64,000 bases of DNA. It comes from Zancudomyces culisetae HAW-14-8 (lineage: Eukaryota; Fungi; Kickxellomycota). Under the pieces are notes generated by a model that saw nothing but the letters and a program-made list of their open reading frames with translations, searched no databases and was not told the origin of the DNA. This document shows, piece by piece, positions 35,619-45,894 of this stretch; positions within the stretch are counted from its first letter, which is position 1; every line of letters begins with the position of its first letter. The translations under genes and the position numbers were made by a program. The stretch covers positions 930,001 to 994,000 of the forward strand of contig JBNJNM010000013.1 of assembly GCA_052426225.1 (NCBI GenBank), read 5' to 3'.

Positions 35619-37613
35619 ATGAATGAAAAATCGAGCATCGAAGGTGAAAAAAAGGACAAAGACTCAAGAAATGCCAGGGGATACTTGAGGAGAAAAAAAG
35701 GTATGAAATATATAAACACAGGTGAAAAGAAAATTACAGGCTGTATAAATCTAATTATGCTTGATTGAGCAGCAAGATTACTGTTTTTCTGTATGGTAAA
35801 AACAGGAGTTAAAATCTAAACACCACACATGGAATCAATAGGTAAAGACGAAAGGAGTGGAAAACAAAAAGAAAAGGCAGTTCAGAAACCTGGAGACGGG
35901 AATGAGAGAGTGAAAGAAAAAATAAAAGATGAATCCAAGAGCACAAGAGGTAATGTTTTGATTGCTAGTTCTCTTTTTTTTTAGAATAATAGAATATTAA
36001 AACGACTGGAACTTCAACAAATAGCGAAAGGCGATGTTAATGGGCCGGGAAAGGCGCAGAAACCCAGGAAACCTGGAAGTAGTGTCAAGAGCGAAAAGAA
36101 AACAAGCCAAAAACCATACAGCTCAAAGGGACATGGCGATTCTGAACAAAAAAGCAGGCTCATCGAGGCAGAAAACGAAGGAAAAGTAAAAGGCAACAAA
36201 TCTAAAAAGGAAAAGTCAAATGTTAAAGATTCAGAAAAGAAACCAAAGGGAGGGAGGGTGCGGGCGGGAAAATCGAAAATCAAATCCGCAAAAAGGATTA
36301 AAAGCAAGTTTAAGGTTATTATAAGGAGATTGCCACCCGATCTTCCTGAACACATTTTCTGGAAATCAGTAGAGAATGCATTGTTGTGGTACAACATGAG
36401 TGATGAAGGGACTGTTTATGAGGTCAAAATGCGGGTTTCGGCACTTCAAAAAGAGGGAGCAGTTGATGGAAATGCCACAGGAAACATAGCGGAACAAAAA
36501 AATGAGAACGAGTCTGTTCTTGACACGGAACTAGTCGCAGGTGCAGATGTGGATAAAAAAACGGGTACAAATCTGGATGCGGATGAACACAATGAGCAGG
36601 ATATTAAACTAAATAAAACGAGTTATATCAGCGAGACTCAGGTAATCTCTACCCAAATGTACACGAGCAGAAATTTGGCAAAACTCGATCAAAAACCATA
36701 CTATCGTGAGTATATTCAAGGAAAAATCCAAAAAAGGTAACAACATGTGAAACGCTTTTATACATAAGGTGTATGACTACTTATTAATTAGCCATGAAAA
36801 TATTAAGGTGTAAAAATGTACTAAAATAGTCAAGCAAAAACTGCGTTACCGTCTAGGGCGTATATAAAATTCAAAAATACTGAAGAAGTAGAGCATTTCA
36901 AAAAAATATACGATGGGCATGTTTTTATATCAAAGACAAACTCAACTTTTAGGGCACAAGTGGAGTACGCTCCCTATCAGAAAGGCCTATATTCGGGTAA
37001 GAAATACAAGGACACTCTCACCAATACAATACATTCCGATCCCGGGTTTTTATCGTTTATATCGAATATTATGAATCCTCAAAGTACAGCGATGGCAGCT
37101 AAATCCGGGACGGAAGAGGCTGTGACTCACCTATCCAAGGCATTGGTAAGTGCTGAGTATGGACCTGTGACAAATGATGCAGAGACGCCCACTTCTACGG
37201 CATTGTTGGATTACATTCGTAAATCAAAGCAAAAAACCAAGGGTCACAGTTCGCGGTTAAAAAATCCTAAAAAGGGCAAAAATATACACCACGGAAAACA
37301 AAAGTCAGCTGTAGATTCAAAAGATAGGAATAAAGACTTAACCACCAAAGAAAGCACTACCAAAACAACTGATATGCATAAAGACAAAAGAAATGCCGTT
37401 TCTGCTGCATCGCAAGGAGAAAAGTCGACTGAGAGACTCCACACAAAGGAGAGGAACATACCACATACTGAGAAAAACAAACAAGCTTCTTCCGGAGGAA
37501 AAGGACACCACCATCGACGCTTAACCGAAGCACAGAAAGCGTTCAAAGCAAGTAAAGTAAGGATAAGATATGCGGCTAGATATAATGATAGGTATATTCC
37601 GTGTGATGATTGA
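35619..37613 (+). CDS. UPF3: Nonsense-mediated decay factor Upf3 (Smg-4/UPF3 RRM-like), ~561 aa. Exons 35619-35700, 35842-35949, 36025-36736, 36830-37613; 5' and 3' ends uncertain
   Basis: KVIIRRLPPDL, YIQGK, PSRAYIKF, YDGHVF and VEYAPYQK are UPF3 signatures. Flanks are Lys-rich and intron phases are consistent. Confidence 0.85.
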
Positions 37614-38596
37614 TTACCTACAAGCCGAACAATCTTAAAAGTATAGGGCACTTGGAATAAAATTAGCTACGATTGTATTATCTGACACATGAAGAAATAC
37701 CACCTACATTCATTTGTCCTTGATAATACTGTCTTTAACCAGCACAAAAAACTCCGAAAATTCCATCTCATTTCCTGTTGTGTTTGTTGACGGAGATCAG
37801 GTACCAATTGAGCGGAAATGCCGCAGTCGAGCTTGTATGTCTCCCAACCAGGTTGGACTATACTCAATCAGTAGACTAAAGGTTTTCGTTGGTAACTAAA
37901 GAGTGGGTTACTTGTTTTTTTTTTAAAAAAAAAGAATATTTTCAGTAGTGGAAAAAAACGTTAGTTCTAATGCTTTGTTTTTTTTTTTGATACAACTTTA
38001 TCATGTTTAGATGTTTCTGGCGCCATCAAAGTTTTGAACTAGTATTCTTGGTTTGGTTTGGCTCTTTAACTTGAATTATTTTTTTCTGGAAAGCATTGGA
38101 TAGTCAAACAGGAAATGATACTGTTATATATACATATATCTGAGACTGAAAACAAACAGCTTTGATTACACATTAATTGTTGAAAGAGCTGCAAAAAAAA
38201 ATCAAATTATGATTAAAATCTTTTCATTACTTTTTTTTACTTTTAAAAACTTAGCTAGTAAAATTAGCAAATCGAGCAAAAGAATATCCAAAATATTGGG
38301 CTGAATATGATTGGAATCATCTTAAAACAAGTTGTAGAAAGAAACAAAGATAGCATTTATTATTATTATTATATTATTATTATATTTTTTAATAGTAGAC
38401 TCTATTTCCTTTTCTTTTTCATTTCCAGACTAGGCAAAAATCAGAATAGAATCCAGGAAAAAAACTAGAGCTTATAAAAACGTTTGAGCAAAACAGGTCT
38501 AGTCAATAAACCCTACATTCATTATCCTTAAAAATTAGAATCGGATACTTAAATACTAAGAATCGAATACATAAATAAAAAATAAAGACAAACGAA

Positions 38597-38956
38597 ATGG
38601 AACAATTCAACAAAAAATACGATATAAAACAATCGCATTGGAAGACAAGAAAAGTCAATGTTGATCAAAAGAAGGTGGAAAAGTACATTAGACGACTCGA
38701 AAGACTAGAACATAGGGCACCAAAGGCTGGGTTTAGAGTATTTGAATTGGTGACATACGCAGCAATTGTAACTACTGCAGCGTATACGATCTTTTGGCAG
38801 GACTTTGGACATGAAGAACATATATACTCCAAACCCAGAGCATGGTTAAATAGACAAAAGGAAAAGTTTTGGAGCTTTAGTGGTAGTGAGCGACAGGAGC
38901 TGATTGATAGAGGAAAGATTTCATCCGAGACAGAAACCACACAAGAAAAAAAATAG
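38597..38956 (+). CDS. Small single-pass membrane protein (119 aa), function unknown
   Basis: ATG in an A-rich context; hydrophobic segment LVTYAAIVTTAAYTIFW followed by DFGHEEHIYSKPRAW. Confidence 0.75.
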   Translation: MEQFNKKYDIKQSHWKTRKVNVDQKKVEKYIRRLERLEHRAPKAGFRVFELVTYAAIVTTAAYTIFWQDFGHEEHIYSKPRAWLNRQKEKFWSFSGSERQELIDRGKISSETETTQEKK

Positions 38957-39810
38957 AGTAATATATAGTGTGTCTGAGGTTGGTTCCGATGTTTCTTCTC
39001 TTGGTTAATTTTTTTTTCCTTCTATCACTATTTATTGTCTCATAAACCATTTTTTCTCATTTTGTTTACTTTTGTATTGCAATGTGGACGAGTAAATATA
39101 ACCTAAAATTGTAGAATTAAACAAACAGTTTAAAGTCATTTCCTAAAAATACTTGCAAAAGTATGTGAATACAGATAGGAAACAGGCAGTTAAAGCTGTG
39201 ACAGCATGGAAAAATAGATTCTCAAGTTGAAAGTTCTTCATAAATGGGTAAATGGTTGAGTGTGAGCATGAGCGTGAGCGTGTGAGAGAAGTGTATTTTA
39301 ATGAAATATGAGCAATTTTGACCAGAAATGTGTGTATACTTTGATCATGAGTGCATTTTTTGGGCATTTTCACCCGAAAAACTCAACGATCCATTGATGC
39401 GACACAACTCGACTGGGAAGCTTGGGGGAAAAAATTTTTTTTATTAGCTGAATAAAAACAAAAAAAAATCTATTATTTGTTAATGGATCGAAAAAAAAAT
39501 AATTTTGCACTACAAGTTTGTATGAAAATAAAAAAAAAAATTTTTTTTATTGTGGATATAATGTTATAAAAAAGAGCACAGTAACATAAAGGTGGACTTG
39601 TAAATACATTTAAAGTTAATAATAGATAGGATCTTTGAAAAAAAAATAATCTTGGATAAGCAGGACCGATATAAATACGTAGAGAACTACTCCGGCAAAA
39701 ACGCACATTCAAGATAGAATTGTATTATTCTAAAGCAACCATAAACCCGCACTTTTTTTAAAAAATAAATAAATAAATTAAACAACACAAGATAGAGAAG
39801 ACCGTAAAGA

Positions 39811-42096
39811 ATGGCAAAAGCAAAGAAATCCGTTAAAAAGTTTAAGCAGAGACAAACAAAGCTAACTAAAGTAACCAAAAACAACAAGAACAACAGCGGC
39901 CCAGGGAAGATTACAAAGGCCCAGCCTAACAAGAAAGGAGGTAGATTTGAAAAAGGAAAAAATGCAAAAAGAGGAGAAAATGAAAATAAACAAGTAGCAA
40001 GTAGAGGAAACGGAGGGAACAAAAAAGAGAATAAAGTGAAAATTATAGATGAACTCGAAGAGTTTGTGTCGGAAAAAGGTCCACAAGAAGAAATGGGTTC
40101 AAGCGAGGACGAGGAGATGGATAATGTTGGAGAGGAAGAGTTAATGAGCGAGGAGTTGAGTGAAGATAGTGAGGAGGAGAACGACAAATTGTTTGAGAGT
40201 ATGGATGTTGAACAGGATCCAAAGGAGTATGATAGTAGCAGTGACTCTGAGCCAGATGAAAAGGAGGAGAAGAAAGGTGGTAAAGGAATAGAAAATGTAG
40301 AAAGAAAGGAGGATGAAGACGAGGAAGAAGACGAGGAGGATGAAGAAGAGGATGACGAGGAGGATGATGAGGAGGATGACGAGGAGGATGATGAGGAGGA
40401 GGAGGAGGATCAAGAACAGGCAAGAGAAAAAGAAAGACGGAAAAAAGTAAAAGAGGCAAAAAAGACCAACATAAAAGAGGCGAAAAATCTGAAAAGCGAT
40501 ATGGATAAGCTAAAAGAAAAAGATCCAGAGTTTTATGAATTTATGAAGGAAAACGATCCAGACGCCCTTGACTTTGCTATTGAGAGTGAAGACGATGATG
40601 ATGAGGATGGCGATAAGATTGAGGAAGGAACAACAATAATTACCAACAGTATGCTGCAAAAATGGGAAAAAGAAATGGAAGGCAACAGTAAAACAATAAA
40701 CAAAAAAATACTACACGCTTTCAAATCGGCATCAACCAAAGACGAAAAAGAAAAAGGAGGTTTAAAGCAAAAATATCTAATAACAAACCCGCAAGTGTTT
40801 CACAGATTGATGAAAATGGTAGTAGACAAGTTTCCACAAGAAATCCAAGCGATACCTGAGAAGGACAACCAAAAGCGCAGAGGAGAAATGGTAAGAACGT
40901 ACATGGTGGGACTGCTCAGAAACATACAGCAAATCGCAGACGACGAAATGGTAGCGTACATGATTAGACAGTCAAGAACATTGGCACGGGATTTTGGAAT
41001 GCATGCAAAAGCAAGTCGAGAGTTTGTAAAGGAAATGCTGAGGCTTTATGGAGCAAGAGAAAGCAGTGAGGAGGTGAGTAAAGAAGCAGCAGGGTTATTA
41101 GGAGAAATGGTCAACAGCGGAGAAATCATCAAAGACGTGATTCTAAAGGGAGTATATTTGTCGTATGTGAGACACAGCAACGTTACAGGAATCCACTCGA
41201 TAGCCAAAGTTGAGCAGATGAGACAAAGTGCAGTTGAGCTGTATACAACATGCAATGATTATAACAGTGTATACTCGCATGCATTTATGTATATCCGTCA
41301 GCTGGCTGTAGGACTGCGAGCTGCCATGCATCTAAACACCAAAGATGCCTATCAAAAAGTCTACAACTGGCAGTTCGTAAACAGCCTAAAGTTCTGGGCT
41401 GATTTGCTGTCCCACAGTTGTGGTGGATCTGCCCCAGCTGCTGCTAGTGACGCCTTGGAACCCTTGATCTATCCGCTGATCCAGGTAGTTTTGGGTGTAT
41501 CCAAGCTGATTCCGACCGCAAAATACTTCCCTCTATGTCTACACTGCATTGAAATCCTGACCCAACTGTCCGCCTCTACTCGAATCTACATTCCAGTTCT
41601 TCCTTTGGTCATTTCAATCATTCAAAGCCCCGACTTTACCTCCAAAAAGCGTCCCGCCAAGGCTGTACTAAAACAAATAAACCTAGAGCTGTACATCAAA
41701 TGCCCCAAACAATATGAACACACTGCTGTCTACTTGGACTGTGTCCTTGATAGACTTCTCCTTCTACTAACTACATACCTAAGGGTTTATTCAAACTCTG
41801 TTGCCTTTGACTCTCTTGTCATCCCCCTTGTAGTTGTGCTGAAAAAATGGAAGAAACTCCATGGCCGCAACTTCACTAAATTCTCTACCATGCTAACAAG
41901 TCTACTTGATAAAATTAATGCAAACACCACCTTTATTCTCTCCCAACCATGCGATCTTCCTTCTACTGACCCTGCCTTCCTTTATCTAAACCACATAGAC
42001 CCTGATTCCACTCCTGTCGGTAAATATGCTCTTTCCCTTTCCTCTATCCATAATCATCAAAAGTCCATCCTACTGGACTCCTCTTCTAACTCTTAA
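39811..42096 (+). CDS. NOC2: Nucleolar complex protein 2 (60S biogenesis)
   Basis: Acidic N-terminus, LKEKDPEFYEFMKEND, YSHAFMYIRQLA, VYNWQFVNSLKFW, LIYPLIQV, IPTAKYFPL. Confidence 0.96.
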   Translation: MAKAKKSVKKFKQRQTKLTKVTKNNKNNSGPGKITKAQPNKKGGRFEKGKNAKRGENENKQVASRGNGGNKKENKVKIIDELEEFVSEKGPQEEMGSSEDEEMDNVGEEELMSEELSEDSEEENDKLFESMDVEQDPKEYDSSSDSEPDEKEEKKGGKGIENVERKEDEDEEEDEEDEEEDDEEDDEEDDEEDDEEEEEDQEQAREKERRKKVKEAKKTNIKEAKNLKSDMDKLKEKDPEFYEFMKENDPDALDFAIESEDDDDEDGDKIEEGTTIITNSMLQKWEKEMEGNSKTINKKILHAFKSASTKDEKEKGGLKQKYLITNPQVFHRLMKMVVDKFPQEIQAIPEKDNQKRRGEMVRTYMVGLLRNIQQIADDEMVAYMIRQSRTLARDFGMHAKASREFVKEMLRLYGARESSEEVSKEAAGLLGEMVNSGEIIKDVILKGVYLSYVRHSNVTGIHSIAKVEQMRQSAVELYTTCNDYNSVYSHAFMYIRQLAVGLRAAMHLNTKDAYQKVYNWQFVNSLKFWADLLSHSCGGSAPAAASDALEPLIYPLIQVVLGVSKLIPTAKYFPLCLHCIEILTQLSASTRIYIPVLPLVISIIQSPDFTSKKRPAKAVLKQINLELYIKCPKQYEHTAVYLDCVLDRLLLLLTTYLRVYSNSVAFDSLVIPLVVVLKKWKKLHGRNFTKFSTMLTSLLDKINANTTFILSQPCDLPSTDPAFLYLNHIDPDSTPVGKYALSLSSIHNHQKSILLDSSSNS
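40310..40410 (+). repeat. Coding GAG/GAT/GAC acidic repeat (EEDD)n in NOC2
   Basis: gaggaggatgat/gac 12-mers. Confidence 0.85.
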
Positions 42097-42768
42097 ATCC
42101 CATCATCCAAGTATCGATCAACCGGATGGAACTCTGATAGCCCAACCCTTTTCAGTTTTTCTAAATATTTTCTTTCTTTTTCTTGTTTTTCTTCTATTTC
42201 GTTTCTTTGCTGTATCAATACATCTTCGATTGGCAATTCAACTAGATCCAACATGTCCTTACCCAAGCTGTCTTCTTCTACTTCTCCTATCAACACAAGA
42301 TTTTCCCCTCTCACCATAAACACGCCTCTTTCTATATCACCATAAGCTCCTTCGACGAATATCCTTTCTATCGTGTCTTGGATTACCAAATTACCTATTT
42401 ATTTTATTTTTATATACTTTATTTGTTTTACTCAAACATTCTTGTTTCACTTTCTTTATAAAAATGAAAACAACTATAAACAAATCTAAAAAACAACCAT
42501 AAATGCATGTAAATGAATTTACCAAAGTGATCTATAGATCTCAGTATTCCAAGTATTTTTTTGCCATCTCTAAGTGTTGCATGGATATGCTCTATTCGTA
42601 TTATCATGTATTTACAGGGATTATTTTTCTCTATTTAGAACCCTTTTCATTCCCAACAGTCATATCCTTTAAAAAGGATGCAGCCCAAATCATTGACTTA
42701 CTATCTACTAGATCGATAATACATCCCACCGTTGTGAAAAGGCCCTTTTCGATTAATGTTTGATCCAT
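42093..42768 (-). CDS. LSM1: Sm-like protein Lsm1. Exons 42768-42702, 42591-42523, 42394-42093
   Basis: Spliced MDQTLIEKGLFTTVGCIIDLVDKHIHATLRDGKKILGILRSIDHFGNLVIQDTIERIF...RGVFMVRGENLVLIGEV. Confidence 0.9.
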
Positions 42769-43580
42769 TCTCTTTACTACTTATTTGCAATATCCTCTGT
42801 TATCACACAATCAAATACGTGTATACTCTTAATCGCTAGTTCCTGGCTCTTGCGTTTAATTTAACAAAGTTTGCTATTTACTCAGATGCCTTTACTCGAA
42901 CATTCAAGCTGCTAGTTTATTAGTGTAATTTGTCTTTTTAATTTTTTGTTTTTTTTAATTTTTTGTTTTTTTTAATTTTTGGGTAATTTAAAATTTTTTT
43001 ATTTGTTAAAAAAAACAAACTAGTGAATATATACATATACATATACACACATCAAATTAAAGGCAGACAATTGAGAGTTTCAACTTGACTTGCATTGTCC
43101 ATCATTCTGGAGGGTTGCCATTTTTCTTTCCCCTAATTTATTCCAAAATTGGATGAATAAAAAATTTCAGAAGAAAATACAAGAAAAAAATGCTGAAATA
43201 AGTGTAGTTGTTGTTACCACTATCCAATAAAAAAAGCTTTTTAAATATTCCTTACCAAGTTTGGGGGTTTCTATTCCCCCATGTAAAAGTAAACAAAAAA
43301 AGAATAGTTTATTTGCCCTGAGGTAATATCTCGTTTTTTTTTCTCCATTCTAACTGATATTTAATCCTTGGTTTTAACCATTGTATTTGGCAACATTGTT
43401 TAATTTTAAATAAAAAACCAAATAAAAATTCTGCAAAAAATAAAACTCACAACAAAGCTTCATATCCTTGACGCCTTCCCTGTTGGCATTTCAAACTATT
43501 CAAAGCCTTTTCTGTAAAGGTTTGTAAATTATTCATAATTATAAACACGAGTTGCACAGCCTAAGAAGATAAATTGAAAA

Positions 43581-44583
43581 ATGGATCAGCAAAGTGATAT
43601 CCAACCCATCAGGATCGATTCACTCGGCGATGTCGCGTATTTGCGACGAGAATTTGATGATTTGATTGATCGATGCTTCGAGACCAATTCGGTGATTCAA
43701 GAATCTTTTTCCAATGAAGAAGATTTACAGGCTCTGAAACAGATTCTTTGCTCCAGCCTGAAAGAGGTAAGCCTATACTATCGCATACTATACAGGGTTA
43801 TACTTTGAAAACAATTATCAAAACCAAAACCAAAACAAAAACAAAAACAAAAACAAAAAATAGTGGTCGAACAGAGTATGGGCCTGTGTTGGGCCAAACT
43901 TAATGGTAAACGGATTTCCTTATGATGAAGCCGCTGCTTCTATAACCAATACAAATAAAAAACACAAAAGAGATAAAGCCCAATCAAGGAGGAGTATTGG
44001 TCTTGGTGGTCTAGGTCCTTTGATAGCCAGTGATGATAATGATGGCTATGCCGTCAACAGCACGCCACAGATCGGGTACGAAGACGTAGAACCCTTGGAT
44101 AAGAAACTTGAGGCTGAAGTTGCCGATTTGATGGCCGAAGCCAACGATGTGCTATTATCAGTTTCGAGAAAACGCAAAAAGTCTCCCAAACAAGTGGAAG
44201 ACGCACTAAATTCTGCGATAAAAAGGGCAAAACTGGATCTGGACTCTTTAGATAGACAGAAAATAACCCATCCGGCCAATCAGCGACCGAGCGGGTCCGA
44301 CGCCTCCTCGTCTTCTCGTTCATCTTTGCTTGAACCGCCTTTTACTTTGGATTCACCACAGTTGCAATCACACATCAAGTTTTCGTTGGGTGATAAATCG
44401 ACTGTACAAAGTAATGTGGTTGAAACTGCAGCAAAACTCGACTACTTGCTAAAGGAAACCCCCGAAACCTTCGAAAAACTTCAAGCCCTAAACTCTAATT
44501 TGCAGCTTATCACAGCACATTTGCGCTCTGACAAATGTAAAGATCTGGACCAGATTCTGAGTAAAACCCAGTCACAAAAGTAA
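43581..44583 (+). CDS. NSL1: Probable kinetochore MIND/Mis12-complex subunit Nsl1/Mis14, ~301 aa. Exons 43581-43766, 43864-44583
   Basis: IRIDSLGDVAYL, NLMVNG and EPLDKKLEAEV...VSRKRKKSP follow the Mis14 pattern. GTAAGC..TAG intron contains (CAAAAA)n. Confidence 0.65.
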
Positions 44584-45894
44584 CCTGGTCTGAATCAGTA
44601 GCTCCATCTATTGCCATTCTACTGTTTCAATAAGTTTTTTGTGCAAGTTTGTGCGTTTGTTGGTAGTTATATGTTTATTATAAACTCAATCAGGTTTCAC
44701 TTATCAATGTAAGGACATGAAATAAAAATGATAGTGGTGGTTTCTTGGGGAAAAGTGTGAGGGTGGTTATTTTCATTACAAATTTGCTGCCACAGATTGG
44801 AACTATTTTATGATAGATACAATGATATGTTGCTATTACTAACTTGGATTCAGTGAGCAGTTGCACTATATTTATCAAGAAATAAAAGCGCCAATTGTGG
44901 ATGTAGTATTCGAAAATACCAGTGTCGTGGCCGACAGTTGTAATTCACAATAATTATCATTAAAGCAGATTGGAAGGTTGCGCAGAAACATGGACAAGAG
45001 AAATAGGGAGATAACGACTCTTTTTAATAAGTTGGTTAGTCAGCTAGTTAGTCAAGATATCGTAAAGATACAATGAAAGTTGCAACACAACACTAGATAC
45101 GTTATTGTATATGAATGATTTGCCAATAGCTCCAATAGATTATTCTTTACTTTTTATTTTTTGTTTTTTTCTTATATCTATTCAGTTTAACATTCCAATA
45201 TGTTAATATTTTCAATTTTATATAAAAAATTTTTTTTTGGTCATTCAGCAAGTGGAAATCGAAATACGTTAATTACTCGTGAGAATTAGAGTAAAAAATG
45301 GAAACCGTCGAATAAAAAGCATTAGTTTGTGGATTTACAAAACTCCACAAACAAAAAAGCGCAGCACAAAGCAGCCGCAGTAGTGATTATTTACGCAAAT
45401 ATAGCTCCCCACTTTTTTTAGATTTCTCTCCCTAGCCCTCTAAACTACCTTCAAAAAACGTGAATAAGTCATCATTGTTGCGATGAATAAGATAAGATCT
45501 CAGCAAATAACTATACACTTTTTGTTTAAATATTATTGAATTTGATTAAATTAAACCGATTGCATATGGAGAAAAAGCTGCGGAAAAAAAAAGTAAAAAA
45601 AATAGGTTTTGGTTTCTTTTAATGATTAAAGGAGATTGGTTAATCCAGAATCAATCTAAAATAAATAAATAAAAGGCGAAAAATATTTTTTTTGATGCTT
45701 GGTGATAAGATATGTATAAAAGGGTGTGGTACTGATTGTAAAGAAAATGTACAAAATATAATATTGATAGTACTAAAACATTACCTAGTAGCTTTATAAA
45801 CGACTTTAACACACACACATATATATATATACTCCCGTTTAATCTAATAAGGTGACTAACTAGACGCTAATCAACTAATTCCTAAAGTTAAAAC

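Noticed and set aside
37602-37730. C-D-D-TGA (CxxU-like) at the UPF3 ORF end with an ATGAA..TGAT SECIS-like stretch; checked because some early-diverging fungi use selenocysteine
   Set aside because: The putative helix II does not pair, there is no apical AA, and UPF3 is not a redox fold.
37800-37830. SRP-RNA helix-8-like GGAA...GCAG
   Set aside because: Lacks the conserved AGG partner strand and flanking helices.
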